Shown here piece after piece: positions 1-10,473 of a DNA stretch of 64,000 nt. The stretch's first letter is position 1. Each line of letters opens with the position of its first letter. A program made the position numbers and the translations under genes. The notes below the pieces were generated by a model. That model did not search any database. It was not told the DNA's origin and saw only the letters and a program-made list of their open reading frames with translations. The stretch is taken from positions 1,024,001 to 1,088,000 of the forward strand of contig CM000436.1 of assembly GCA_000165345.1 (NCBI GenBank), read 5' to 3'.

Positions 1-345
1 ATCATCAATTCATTCTTTTACTTATTTTGAAGATTAAAACTATTACATCTATTTCATTTTCATATGATATCCCTAATCAAGATCAAAATACTGTTTCAAC
101 ATATCTTATTCCTTTTCCCAAAGCTAGTAATACACACTTTAAGGAAGAAATTAATAAATTACTTTCTAATAGAAATATTTGGAAAGATTAAACTAAAAAA
201 ATTAAAATGATAAAAATTATATACTTTACTATTGTTATTCATTAAATCTTTTTTCACTTTTTTTTAATTCTCCTTTAACATACCCATAAATATTTTTTAA
301 AATTATTATTCTCAAGTAACTTATTTTCTTTTAATAATATGCACA

Positions 346-373
346 TTCCCGCCGAAACGGGTACCGGCGCGCG
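346..373. promoter_or_regulatory. E2F-like GC-rich promoter element (TTCCCGCCGAAA ... CCGGCGCGCG) upstream of gene at 641
   Basis: GC-rich island in AT-rich spacer. Same class as the recurrent TTTGGCGCCAAA sites. Followed by GCGTCTTGTCT, which recurs at 53321. Confidence 0.4.
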
Positions 374-640
374 TCTTGTCTATGAAAAATAGCATGGAAT
401 AAAAAATAATAAAAAGATTGTGAATGGATAAAAGTGGAAATACGTTATTGGGTTTAAAATAATAGTTTGTAAAAAAAGGATTCAAATTAAAAAATATAAG
501 AATAACAGTAATAATAAAATATTAAGAATGTATTTTTTATTAATAATAAAAGGAAATTGAATACAAAATTAATTTAGAAAGAATTAAATAAATTGAATAA
601 TTTAAACAATTAATTAATTGAAAAGAAATTTAATGTCAAA

Positions 641-1477
641 ATGACTGAAAGTAACAGATATAAACGTTTGAGAGTATTTACAGCAGCTTTTAGTATGATT
701 GTTGCTGGAATATGGTGGATTTTGGCACTTTTTTCGAGATCGTATCATTATTTGATAATTTCCTTTCCCATAGGTAATTATCTTTCAATGGATATATCTT
801 TATGGAATATTTGGGCATCTTCCGATTGTAATCCAACAATGTTTAATGGTAGATTAAATTTTGATTTTTGTAGATGGGTTATTTCAAATATAGATGGTAA
901 TTCTATTGGTGAAGTTATGAGATTTCTATGTTTAAGAGGATATGGACTCACTTCAGAAGAATCAAATTGTACAACATTTTCTAATTTATATACAGCTTCA
1001 GCAGCAATGATTTCATCTATTATAATAATTGTTGTATTATTAATTTCAGCTCCTACTTGGCTATTAGTTTTATATTTTAGAGGATCAAAAAAGAAGATTA
1101 GGCCCATTGTACTTACTCAACTACTATTAGCATCTGCAGTTTCATTACTTTCTTTATTTCTCTATACTTCTATTGGTGGGTTTCAGGCTGAATTTAATGG
1201 TTTTAGTCATTCTATTAAAACTAATCGTCTTTCCTCTCTATTCTTCAATTCTTCTACTTTGAATTCAGGTTTTTATATTTCTATTGCTGCTTCAGCTTTA
1301 ACTATTTTCCTTATTCCATGGATCAGTTACATTATCAAAAATATTGAATCTGAAGAATTTGACTCCACTACTTATGTTTCAGCTCTTAAGCAAACTTACT
1401 ATAATTACAGATTGGAGGATGAAATTGCTGAAACTGAGAGATTAATACATAAACTAAGAACTGGTCCTATAATATAA
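641..1477 (+). CDS. hypothetical multi-pass membrane protein
   Basis: 278-aa ATG ORF with 4-5 hydrophobic helices (IVAGIWWILALF, IIIIVVLLISAPTWLLVLYF, LLLASAVSLLSLFLY, ISIAASALTIFLIPWISYII). No family recognised. Confidence 0.4.
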   Translation: MTESNRYKRLRVFTAAFSMIVAGIWWILALFSRSYHYLIISFPIGNYLSMDISLWNIWASSDCNPTMFNGRLNFDFCRWVISNIDGNSIGEVMRFLCLRGYGLTSEESNCTTFSNLYTASAAMISSIIIIVVLLISAPTWLLVLYFRGSKKKIRPIVLTQLLLASAVSLLSLFLYTSIGGFQAEFNGFSHSIKTNRLSSLFFNSSTLNSGFYISIAASALTIFLIPWISYIIKNIESEEFDSTTYVSALKQTYYNYRLEDEIAETERLIHKLRTGPII

Positions 1478-2003
1478 GAGACTACTAATTGTTTTTATAT
1501 TACTTAACTTTGTTTTGTTTATTAATAAATATTTAAATAAGATTGTGGACTAAGATTATTAAGATTATTATTTAAAAAAAAGATAAATTTCTATAGTTGA
1601 TAAAAGTAACGAGAAGATTGTAATCAAATATATACAATTATCCTAAAAATATTAACTTTAAGGCTTATAAATAATAATGCCTATTTAATATTAAGAACCG
1701 CATAAATTTCAATCTTATAAATTATTAAGCCTATAAGATATAAATTTATTAAGGCTTCAAAACTTATTAAATTCAAAGTATTATATTCTTTACATTTTTT
1801 TTTTTATAGATCAAGATTCTTTAATCCTGATCAAAAAATCACCTATATTTACTAATACCATTGGGTATATTGCTTTAGCTCCAATACTAATAAAATATTT
1901 TCTTTCTATTTGTTTTTTCAAAGAAAAAGTTCCTTTTCTTCAATCTCTCTGTTTTTCTTTTCAAATTTGATATTTAATAATCTTTTTTTGACCATTTAAA
2001 TAT

Positions 2004-2014
2004 TTTGGCGGGCT
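2004..2014. promoter_or_regulatory. E2F-like site TTTTGGCGGGC upstream of Prp43 gene
   Basis: Matches E2F consensus TTTSGCGC. About 305 bp upstream of ATG 2319. Confidence 0.4.
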
Positions 2015-2318
2015 TTTGACATTTATATTTAATAATATTAATAATAATAAACTGTAATTAGTTGAAAAAAATATATAAGAGAATTAAATACAAGTAGAAA
2101 AGAAGAATTGAATAGAGAAGAAGCCCTACAATCTATTCTTAGAGTCTTTTGAACAACTCTAAAGGCCTCCCTTTTTTTTAATACAATCAATTAGACTTGT
2201 TAAAAAATTTGAACTCTGTATATATTTAAGACTAATAGTATTAATTGATATCAATTAAGGAAAAAAAAATAGAGAAAGAGATAATAAATATAAAGATAGA
2301 TAAAGATTATAGATAGAA

Positions 2319-4463
2319 ATGGGGAGTGGAAGAAAAAGAATAAAAGTAGAAGAAAATGAGAAATCAATTGAAGTTGATAAAGAATTAAATCCATGGAACA
2401 ATGATAAACCATATTCAAATAAATATTATGAATTAAGAAAATTCAGAAAATCTCTTCCAGCTTGGTCAGAAAGAAAAACTTTCTGTAAATTAGTAAAAAA
2501 GAACCAAGTTGTGATTTTAGTTGGAGATACTGGTAGTGGAAAAACAACGCAATGCCCACAATTTATATTAGAATCTGGATTAGGAGGAAATTTAAAGATT
2601 GCATGTACTCAACCACGTAGAGTGGCGGCAATGAGTGTAGCTCAGAGAGTTTCAGAAGAAATGGATGTTTGTTTAGGTGATATTGTTGGATATACAATTA
2701 GATTTGAAGATAAGACAAATGAAAATACGAGACTTAAGTATGTAACAGATGGAATGTTACTTAGAGAAGCAATGTATGATAATGATTTATCTCAATATGG
2801 AGTAATTATTATTGATGAAGCACATGAGAGAACAATCTCAACAGATATTTTAATGGGATCGCTTAAAGAAATATTACTAAGAAGAAATTTTGAATCAAAA
2901 AATCCTTTAAGATTAGTAGTAATGAGTGCAACATTAGAATCAACAAAATTTCAAAGTTATTTTGGTAATGATTCACCAGTTTTTTCAATTCCAGGAAGAA
3001 TGTTCCCTGTTGAATTAATATATAATATAAAACCAGAAAAAGACTATTTAGAAGCATCAATACAAAAAGTACTTGATATACATGAGAATGAAGCACCAGG
3101 TGATATATTATTATTTTTAACAGGAGAAGAGGAAATAGAGCAGGCAAAACAACGTCTAGAATTTTTAAGTTCACCTTTAGAAGAACAATTTGGTGAATTA
3201 GTAATAATACCATTATATTCATCATTACCTCCATATAAACAACAGAAAATATTTGATAAAACTCCAGGACCAAAATATCCTGGTGGTCCTACAGGACGTA
3301 AAGTTGTAATAAGTACAAATATTGCAGAAACTAGTGTTACAATTGATGGAATAGTTTATGTAATAGATCCAGGATTTTCAAAACAAAAAGTATATAATCC
3401 CCGTACAAGAGTAGAATCATTACTCGTTTCACCAATATCAAAAGCTTCAGCAAAACAAAGAATGGGAAGAGCTGGTCGTACAAGAGAAGGTAAATGTTTT
3501 AGATTATATACTAAAGAAGCTTTTGAATCAGAATTGGCAGATCAAACACATCCTGAAATATTAAGAAGTAATTTAAGTAATGTTGTATTAATTTTAAAAA
3601 GTTTAGGTATTAATGATTTAGTTCATTTTGACTTTATGGATCCTCCAGCACCTGAAACTTTAATGAGAGCTCTTGAACAGCTTTATTTTTTAGAGGCAAT
3701 GGATGATGAAGGAGAACTAACTAAATTGGGAAAACTTATGACGGAATTTCCAATTGATCCTCAATTGGCTAGAATGTTAATAAAGTCATCAGAATTAGGA
3801 TGTGCTTCTCAGATATTATCTTTAGCAAGTTTATTAAATGTACCAAATATATTCTTAAGACCAAGAGATAAATCAAAAGAAGCTGATTATGCAAAATCTA
3901 GTTTTGTTGATCCAGATGGGGATCATTTAACTTTGTTATATGCATTTGAGTCTTTTAGAGAAGTATTATACAAGGATGAGAATAAAGCAAAAAAATTTGC
4001 AAAGGAGAATTTCTTGAATTATAGAGCACTAATTTCAGCAGAAAATGTAAGAAAACAGCTTGAAAGAACTTATCAAAAACATATACTTAATACAGGTAAT
4101 CATATTAATTCTGATAATGATCAAATTTCAGAATCAAAACTTAATATTTCTATTAGAAAAGCAATTACCCAGGGATTCTTCATGCAAGCAGCTTGTTTAC
4201 ATAGGTCTGGGCATTATACTACAGTTAGAGATAATCAAGTAGTACATCTTCATCCAAGTTGTGTTTTAAGTTCAAAACCAGAATGGGTATTATATAATGA
4301 GTTTGTTCTGACTTCTAGAAATTTTATCAGAACAGTAACTAAGATTAGAGGTGAATGGTTACTTGAGATTTCTCCAAAATACTATAATCTTGAAGATTTC
4401 CCGGAATGTGATTCTAAGAAGAAGCTTGCTCATCTTAATTATTTTTCTAATAAAAAATTCTAA
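2319..4463 (+). CDS. PRP43: DEAH-box ATP-dependent RNA helicase, Prp43/DHX15-like
   Basis: 714 aa. Walker A GDTGSGKTTQ, DEAH box IIIDEAHERT, SAT motif, QRMGRAGRTREGKCFRLYT motif VI, then HA2/OB C-terminal region. A short N-terminus before the helicase core favours Prp43 over Prp2/16/22. Confidence 0.88.
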   Translation: MGSGRKRIKVEENEKSIEVDKELNPWNNDKPYSNKYYELRKFRKSLPAWSERKTFCKLVKKNQVVILVGDTGSGKTTQCPQFILESGLGGNLKIACTQPRRVAAMSVAQRVSEEMDVCLGDIVGYTIRFEDKTNENTRLKYVTDGMLLREAMYDNDLSQYGVIIIDEAHERTISTDILMGSLKEILLRRNFESKNPLRLVVMSATLESTKFQSYFGNDSPVFSIPGRMFPVELIYNIKPEKDYLEASIQKVLDIHENEAPGDILLFLTGEEEIEQAKQRLEFLSSPLEEQFGELVIIPLYSSLPPYKQQKIFDKTPGPKYPGGPTGRKVVISTNIAETSVTIDGIVYVIDPGFSKQKVYNPRTRVESLLVSPISKASAKQRMGRAGRTREGKCFRLYTKEAFESELADQTHPEILRSNLSNVVLILKSLGINDLVHFDFMDPPAPETLMRALEQLYFLEAMDDEGELTKLGKLMTEFPIDPQLARMLIKSSELGCASQILSLASLLNVPNIFLRPRDKSKEADYAKSSFVDPDGDHLTLLYAFESFREVLYKDENKAKKFAKENFLNYRALISAENVRKQLERTYQKHILNTGNHINSDNDQISESKLNISIRKAITQGFFMQAACLHRSGHYTTVRDNQVVHLHPSCVLSSKPEWVLYNEFVLTSRNFIRTVTKIRGEWLLEISPKYYNLEDFPECDSKKKLAHLNYFSNKKF

Positions 4464-4878
4464 TGAACATGAATAAGTTATTTTTGTTATAAAATATTAC
4501 TAGAATTAAAAAGAATTGCCTTTTTCTCTTTATTTTAAATATATTGTTTAATATATTACGTGTCAATAATTTATTTATCACACATATTCATTAAAATAAT
4601 TATGCATCAATAGGTTTGGCGCTCTATAAGCATAATAATATATCATACCTTTTAATAGTTTTATTTTTTTCATTAAAACTTACTTCATTTTATTGTTTCA
4701 TCTTTTTTTCATTATTTCATTAATTCTTTCTTTCTCTCCTTAATATATATTAAAGAAAGATTAAATTTTCCTTCTACTATAATAAATATTTTTTATTTTT
4801 CAATCTATTCAAAATCTTTATCTACTAACACAACGCACTATTGCAATTAAAAAATATACATTTATAGAATACAACTGG

Positions 4879-4890
4879 TTTGGCGCCAAA
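4879..4890. promoter_or_regulatory. palindromic E2F-like site TTTGGCGCCAAA in a convergent 3'-3' spacer
   Basis: Exact 12-bp palindrome. A second half-site TTTGGCGC lies at 4615-4622. A TGCATGCA cluster lies at 4959-4984 and a G-box GGGAGGGGCAGGG at 5007-5019. No annotated gene begins here. Confidence 0.45.
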
Positions 4891-5492
4891 GACTATTTGC
4901 ATTTCTTTTCCTCCAGTCTATTTTATACCTGTAACAATTCAATTAGAATATTTCCTTACATGCATGCAAGTATATGCATGCATTTATGTGGACCAAAAAA
5001 TACACGTGGGAGGGGCAGGGAAAAGTTTGAAAGCAGAAAAGGTAAATTAAATATATAATTAATGAAAGTTAGATTTTAGGATTTTTTTTCACTTTTTTTT
5101 AAATCATTTTCATTTAACGCAAATAAAAAATATTAATTTAAAAACGTAGAAAAGATAAATATTTTAGTTACTTGAATTATACAAGAATATTTACAAATTG
5201 TAAATATGTGAGTATATAATCTTGTATAAAACACAAATCAATGAGTTTGTGAAAAATTATTTTTTTTAATTTGATACTGTGGATATTAACTTTTCTTATG
5301 TTGGATTAAAATTATAAGTTATAGTATGAACAGTGAAGGGAAATATCATCTTTTTGCCTTTTTTCTGTTTTGTTTTTTTAGCGTTTCTAAAATGACCATT
5401 ACTTTAGCAGTATTAAAATAATAGTATATCCTGTCGTAAACAATTTTTAAATAAAGCATAATCAACGTTTTCTTATTCACTTATTTCAATTA

Positions 5493-7298
5493 CTATTGTA
5501 CTCCAGGATATCTTCTTATACCAGGAGGGGGAGGCGGAGGAGGAGGAGGTGGAGGCGCAGCTCCTCCCAAAGAAGCACCGAAAGGTGAACCAGTATTCAT
5601 GGGTGAAGATTGCACTGGATTATTTCCTCCCATCATTGGTGGAATAGAAGTTGGGGCAGAATAAGAAGATGATGACGGAGGTAGTGGTGGTGGTGGCAAT
5701 GTAGAGGAAACTGTTTTTGGAAACCCTGAACCAGAAATGGCATCTCCTCCTGACATATATGATGAGCTTGGTCTGGGAGCTTGTGGGAATAATCCTTGCT
5801 GAGGTTTTGGAGGAGGTGGACTTGTTACAAACTGTGAATTCAAAGCCTGTGAGGGAGGAGATATTGCTGGAGAAGAGGCAGTTACCAGAGGAGCTTTTGG
5901 CATTGGAGGAACCGTTGGCATTGGAGGAGCTGCTGGCATTGGAGGAGCTGCTGGCATTGGAGGAGCTGTTGGCATTGAAGGAGCTGCTGGCATTGGAGGA
6001 GCTGCTGGCATTGAAGGAGCTGCTGGCATTGGAGGAGCTGCTGGCATTGGAGCTGCTGGTATTGAAGGAGCTGCTGGCATTGAAGGAGCTGCTGGCATTG
6101 GATGGAGAGGGGACTTTTGAGAATGAAGACCTTGTTCTGATGGAGAAAAGGCCTGGCCAAAGTGGTGCTGGCCATTGGCAGACAATAGTGGAGGAGAAGA
6201 AGAGGAGCTCTCGCCCTTAAATTGAAATTGGCTTGGAGTCTGGGCTCCAATAGTTCCAGAATTTTGTCCCCCCTGTTCTTGGAGAGAGGGCTCCTGAGTC
6301 GGATGTTGATTATTCATTGCAGATTGGAAGTCATTACTGAGCTCAGAGCCAATATGTTGTTGTTGTTGCTGGTGTTGTTCGTTTCCTGATATATTGGTAA
6401 GAACCTCCCATTTACCTTCCGAGTTTTCTCTAAAGAGAGTAACAACATCCTCTCCACTAGAAGCAGCTAAAACTGTTCCTGTTACACTCCAAGATACCCT
6501 CCAGACTGGCTCATTAAAGTTAAGTACTTGGCTACTATGCCAACCTTGTCCATCAGCATCTTGAGTCCAAATGACTACAATTTTATCATCACCGCAAGAA
6601 GCAATAGTCTCAGCAAGAAGATCTACAGATGGTCTCCAAGCAACATCTCTTACCCACTCAGAGTGAGCAACATCCAAAGTCTGATTCATCTCAGAAAGCT
6701 CCTTTGTTTGTGGATCCTGCTTCCAGATACGTATCTGGTTATCACACCCTCCAGAAACAAGTCTTATAGTTTGGGAAGATGGATTTGACGGTGAATTACC
6801 TACAGAGTTAGTTGCTGGAGCCCAAGATACTGAATTTGCTCCATTTGGGTGTCCAAATACCTGCTTCTTTGTCCAGCTCCTAGTTTCTGGACTATATGAA
6901 CAAACAGCTACCGAACCATCCGAAATAGCACAGGCAAATTGAAGCCCAAAATCCCATGGACACCAACAAACACCATTAATTGAAGATAAAAAATCATCAC
7001 AAGAGTAAACAATTTCCCATCTTGATCTTTGAGTTTCTTTCCAAACTAGAACCTTCTTATCATATGAACAAGAAGCTAATACACTCCCAAATGTGGGGTG
7101 AGCCCAACAAACCTGCCAAACTGGCCCTTCGTGACCTCTTAATTCTGCCAAGAAAGTTGGCTGATCCGTAGAGACATCAAATATTCTTATTGTGTGATCT
7201 GATGATGCTGTTGCCAGTCTACGGCCATAATAATCTAATTGTGTGTCATGCACTGGACCAGTATGGCCAGTATCAAAAGTTCCAATAACTTCCGCCAT
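5493..7298 (-). CDS. SEC13: Sec13 (COPII / nuclear pore WD40 protein) with about 300-aa Pro/Ala/Met-rich C-terminal extension
   Basis: The N-terminal 300 aa align along their length with Sec13 (LDYYGRRLATASSDHTIRIFDV, LRGHEGPVWQVCWAHPTFGSVLASCSYDKKVLVWKE, SGGCDNQIRIWK, WVRDVAWRPSV, VTLFRENSEGKWEV). The C-terminal half is low-complexity PMPAAPS repeats and a poly-Pro stretch. Confidence 0.85.
   Translation of the reverse strand: MAEVIGTFDTGHTGPVHDTQLDYYGRRLATASSDHTIRIFDVSTDQPTFLAELRGHEGPVWQVCWAHPTFGSVLASCSYDKKVLVWKETQRSRWEIVYSCDDFLSSINGVCWCPWDFGLQFACAISDGSVAVCSYSPETRSWTKKQVFGHPNGANSVSWAPATNSVGNSPSNPSSQTIRLVSGGCDNQIRIWKQDPQTKELSEMNQTLDVAHSEWVRDVAWRPSVDLLAETIASCGDDKIVVIWTQDADGQGWHSSQVLNFNEPVWRVSWSVTGTVLAASSGEDVVTLFRENSEGKWEVLTNISGNEQHQQQQQHIGSELSNDFQSAMNNQHPTQEPSLQEQGGQNSGTIGAQTPSQFQFKGESSSSSPPLLSANGQHHFGQAFSPSEQGLHSQKSPLHPMPAAPSMPAAPSIPAAPMPAAPPMPAAPSMPAAPPMPAAPSMPTAPPMPAAPPMPAAPPMPTVPPMPKAPLVTASSPAISPPSQALNSQFVTSPPPPKPQQGLFPQAPRPSSSYMSGGDAISGSGFPKTVSSTLPPPPLPPSSSSYSAPTSIPPMMGGNNPVQSSPMNTGSPFGASLGGAAPPPPPPPPPPPGIRRYPGVQ
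5882..6110. repeat. 18-bp tandem repeat (GCTGCTGGCATTGGAGGA)x~13, coding (PAAPSM hexapeptide) inside Sec13 tail
   Basis: Near-perfect 18-nt periodicity is visible directly. It produces spurious long ORFs in other frames on both strands. Confidence 0.9.
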
Positions 7299-7456
7299 TA
7301 TTGGTGATTGCTTCTTTTTGGAGCTTGTATTCCAATATATATATAAATATATATATCCGGATTTTTTTTTCTACTTTTTATTTATTCTCTTTCCGCTCCC
7401 CCATTTTCTTCCTCTTTCTTTTTTCTCCGGGAAAGTGGGGAACGCGTATTCACAAG

Positions 7457-7469
7457 AGCGCGCCAAAAG
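7457..7469. promoter_or_regulatory. E2F-like site GAGCGCGCCAAAAG in divergent Sec13/centrin promoter
   Basis: GC island in AT-rich spacer between divergent starts 7298(-) and 7942(+). Confidence 0.4.
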
Positions 7470-7941
7470 ATTAATACGGTACCTTTCCACGTAATATAAT
7501 AATAAATTTATATACTCATTTTTATATTAATGAAATAGAAAAAATAATCATTGTAGAATTGAATATTGTTCCAGAATTTTAATTGGCACAAGGTATACTG
7601 TTGAATTTAAAATCTTGGTGATACGTCTGTATCTTTCAACATACTTTAATTCTTAATTAAACTATGAACTATTAAGATAGATATCAAAATTAATATTAAT
7701 TTATGAATATATGTGTGCATATATATACCAATATTATTGAGTAATACTTTATTTTCTTTGAAATCTCAACTTTATTTGAAATACTTTAACCAGGGATTCT
7801 ATTTGAATCTTATTATTACCAAGAGCTGGATCTATAAATATTATTTAATAAATACAAATCCAGAACTTCAAGGCTTTCATCTAACTTTGAATTGAATTAA
7901 TTTTTTTAATTTAACATCAAATTCTTCTCTTAATAAAAGTT

Positions 7942-8634
7942 ATGGATTTGGGTGAACTGAATAAGGAGCAAATTGAGGATGCTCGTTCTGTTTTTCAAGC
8001 GTTTGATACTGATAGAAATGGCCTTGTTGATAAGAGAGAACTTAAAGCTGCATTAAGGGCTTTAGGCTTTGATGTTAAAAAGAAAGATATTGAATTAGTT
8101 TTTACTGGATGTTTTGGGAATAGTTATTTAAGTATGAGTTCTGGTTCTAATAATAAAGCATTAGGAAATTCTATCGGACCCTCTCATATGAATGAATACT
8201 TGCCAAACATTGGTGGAAAAGACTTTGAATTTGATAGAGGAGTCAACTTTGAAGAGTTTTGTCAAATTCTAGTTTATTTAATGACAAGTCAAAATCTATT
8301 TGGTGTTGGGGCATTCTACGGAACCTCTGATCCTTCTCATGAAGTCTCTCCAGAATATGTTAAAAGAGTTTTTTCTTTATTCGATATTAATAACACCGGA
8401 AAGGTTGGAATTAGAAGTTTAAGAACTCTTGTTTCACAAATTTCTAGAGAACCTCTTTCTTTAAGTATGAGAAATTCTATTGAAGCTACAGATACCACCA
8501 TATTTTCAGATGATGATCTTACACAAATGATCAAACATATTGATAGAGATGGTGATGGATTTCTTGATTTTGAAGATTTTTATAGAGTTTTCCAATATTG
8601 TCATTCCAGTACACAAAATGACATAAATTTCTAA
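7942..8634 (+). CDS. centrin/caltractin-like EF-hand calcium-binding protein with internal insertions
   Basis: EF-hand loops DTDRNGLVDKRELKAALRALGF, DINNTGKVGIRSL and DRDGDGFLDFEDF. The N-terminal EF pair aligns with centrin ([29 protein letters not shown]). 230 aa against about 170 for canonical centrin. Confidence 0.65.
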   Translation: MDLGELNKEQIEDARSVFQAFDTDRNGLVDKRELKAALRALGFDVKKKDIELVFTGCFGNSYLSMSSGSNNKALGNSIGPSHMNEYLPNIGGKDFEFDRGVNFEEFCQILVYLMTSQNLFGVGAFYGTSDPSHEVSPEYVKRVFSLFDINNTGKVGIRSLRTLVSQISREPLSLSMRNSIEATDTTIFSDDDLTQMIKHIDRDGDGFLDFEDFYRVFQYCHSSTQNDINF

Positions 8635-8817
8635 TTCAATAAAGACAAAACAAAAATAATATTATAATACCTTAATCATTTCTAGGCTCATTTATCCACT
8701 ATTTGAAACTAAGTATATATATGTTAGTAAAATTATATAATTAAAATACCTTATAAAGGCTTAAAATCTTGTCATTCCTGTAGAAAGGTAATAGATCGAA
8801 TTTCTATATTAATATTA

Positions 8818-10191
8818 TTAGAAAGTACTCGAAGTAATATTAAGTGAAGGTAATGAAACTATTGATTTTGTTCGAATTGTTGTTCTATTATACATTAACA
8901 ACTGTGTTTGATTAATAGTTCCAGATCTCATCCCAACAGAAAGTCCCATTTTCATCATTTGTATCATTTTTGGTCTATCGGTAACGTCTAGTGCTAGAGA
9001 AGGCCAGAATTGAAAATCACTCCAACTACTTGGAGTCAAGTAATGTCTGAAAGTTGCTTGTGGAAATGTCTCAACAGCTTCTTTAAGTTTTGAAAGCCCT
9101 CTAATATTAAAATGTAAAATATCAAAAGCTCTATTAATATGATAGCGAATATTGATATCTGGTGAAAACCATAACCAATTTGGTTTTATTGGTTGTGTTT
9201 CTATAAAATCAACAACAACTTTATCTATTGTAACATTTTTGAATTCCATGCAATGTCTAATAGGATCAATTAAATTAGCATTTCCTCTAATTCCACCATC
9301 CATATAATAACTCCCTCCCACATATATTGGTCTATATACTAATGGATAAGCTAAACTGGCAAAAACTGCATCCAAAAGTTCATCATCAGTACTATTCCAG
9401 CCATACCATGTTTTTGGTAATCCATCCTCTATTCTAGTAGCTGTAATTGTAACTGATCTAGAGGAGTTTCTCTTATTGGAACCAAATTTATTTTTAAGAA
9501 TCTTTCTTGGTGCTGCAATTCCACATAAATGTTGAAAAACTGCATCTGGATCAATCATTTTTTTTAATAACATTTGTATCCAGTTACCAATATTTTTTTT
9601 AAGAGGTACCTGACAATCAGAAAGTATTCCTTGTTGTGCTGTCCACCAATAATTCCAAAGCTCATTAACCCATTCATATATTGATTTTTGAAATAATGCA
9701 CTATAGGCTCCAATTGCTCCCACACTTACACCAGAAATAACATCCCAATTAATGATCTTCCCTTCATCTCTATATCTTGTAATTAATCCTCTTAAAGCAG
9801 CAACTTCCCATGCTCCTCTGTTTGAACCTCCACTTAAAACCAATACATAACATTTATCTTTATCATAGTCTTCAAACTTTGTTTCATTAAGAAATAACCT
9901 CCCTACCAACTTATTATGAATTTTCAATGATAAATCTTCAGGAAAGACGTCAGGGAATTCAGTTGTCATCAAATTATGTGGATATACTGTCCAAAGTTCC
10001 ACATACTTTTCTAACAAAGTTTCATTAATATCCTGTGGTAACTCCTCCTTAAGAACTTGTCTAATGAAATCTGGTTCAAACAGCTCAGATGGATATGGAG
10101 TCTGAGCTCCCCATGGTTCAAATCCGCCAATAAAAGAAATATACCCAAATAATAATGCAAATAAAGTCAAAAGTGAAGACTTTGAAAACAT
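8818..10191 (-). CDS. secreted patatin-like phospholipase
   Basis: N-terminal signal peptide MFSKSSLLTLFALLFGYISFIGG. Patatin oxyanion motif LSGGSNRG, nucleophile elbow GVSVGA (GxSxG) and catalytic-dyad DGG (YYMDGGIRGN). Confidence 0.75.
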   Translation of the reverse strand: MFSKSSLLTLFALLFGYISFIGGFEPWGAQTPYPSELFEPDFIRQVLKEELPQDINETLLEKYVELWTVYPHNLMTTEFPDVFPEDLSLKIHNKLVGRLFLNETKFEDYDKDKCYVLVLSGGSNRGAWEVAALRGLITRYRDEGKIINWDVISGVSVGAIGAYSALFQKSIYEWVNELWNYWWTAQQGILSDCQVPLKKNIGNWIQMLLKKMIDPDAVFQHLCGIAAPRKILKNKFGSNKRNSSRSVTITATRIEDGLPKTWYGWNSTDDELLDAVFASLAYPLVYRPIYVGGSYYMDGGIRGNANLIDPIRHCMEFKNVTIDKVVVDFIETQPIKPNWLWFSPDINIRYHINRAFDILHFNIRGLSKLKEAVETFPQATFRHYLTPSSWSDFQFWPSLALDVTDRPKMIQMMKMGLSVGMRSGTINQTQLLMYNRTTIRTKSIVSLPSLNITSSTF

Positions 10192-10245
10192 TATTCAAAG
10201 TTTTCCTATTTATTTTGATCTTGACTTTTTTTTAATAGGAACAAG

Positions 10246-10257
10246 TTTGGCGCCAAA
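10246..10257. promoter_or_regulatory. palindromic E2F-like site TTTGGCGCCAAA (divergent promoter)
   Basis: Exact palindrome between starts 10191(-) and 10474(+). Confidence 0.45.
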
Positions 10258-10473
10258 ACTGGAAATATTTATTATATAAGAAATATGTATTACTATTAAT
10301 TATATTTGTATATTTATATATTAATAAATAAATATATGAAAGGCTTAAGGCCTTAATTAATGCAAATAATAGTATTAATACAATACGAGTATATGTTATT
10401 TTTTCATCTAGAACCTTTTTTCTTTTGCTAATTTTAGAGATCCAGAGAATTAATTTCTCATAACAAGCTAAGA

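Noticed and set aside
778-4242. Assorted 60-136-aa ORFs antisense to or nested in larger genes (778..1107-, 2863..3273-, 4060..4242+)
   Set aside because: Embedded in well-supported CDSs on the other strand or frame. Low-complexity, AT-rich codon artefacts.
5717-6250. 167-aa (+) and 122-aa (-) ORFs full of LEELLA / QQLLQC repeats
   Set aside because: Alternative-frame and antisense read-through of the 18-bp tandem repeat inside Sec13. Periodicity artefact.
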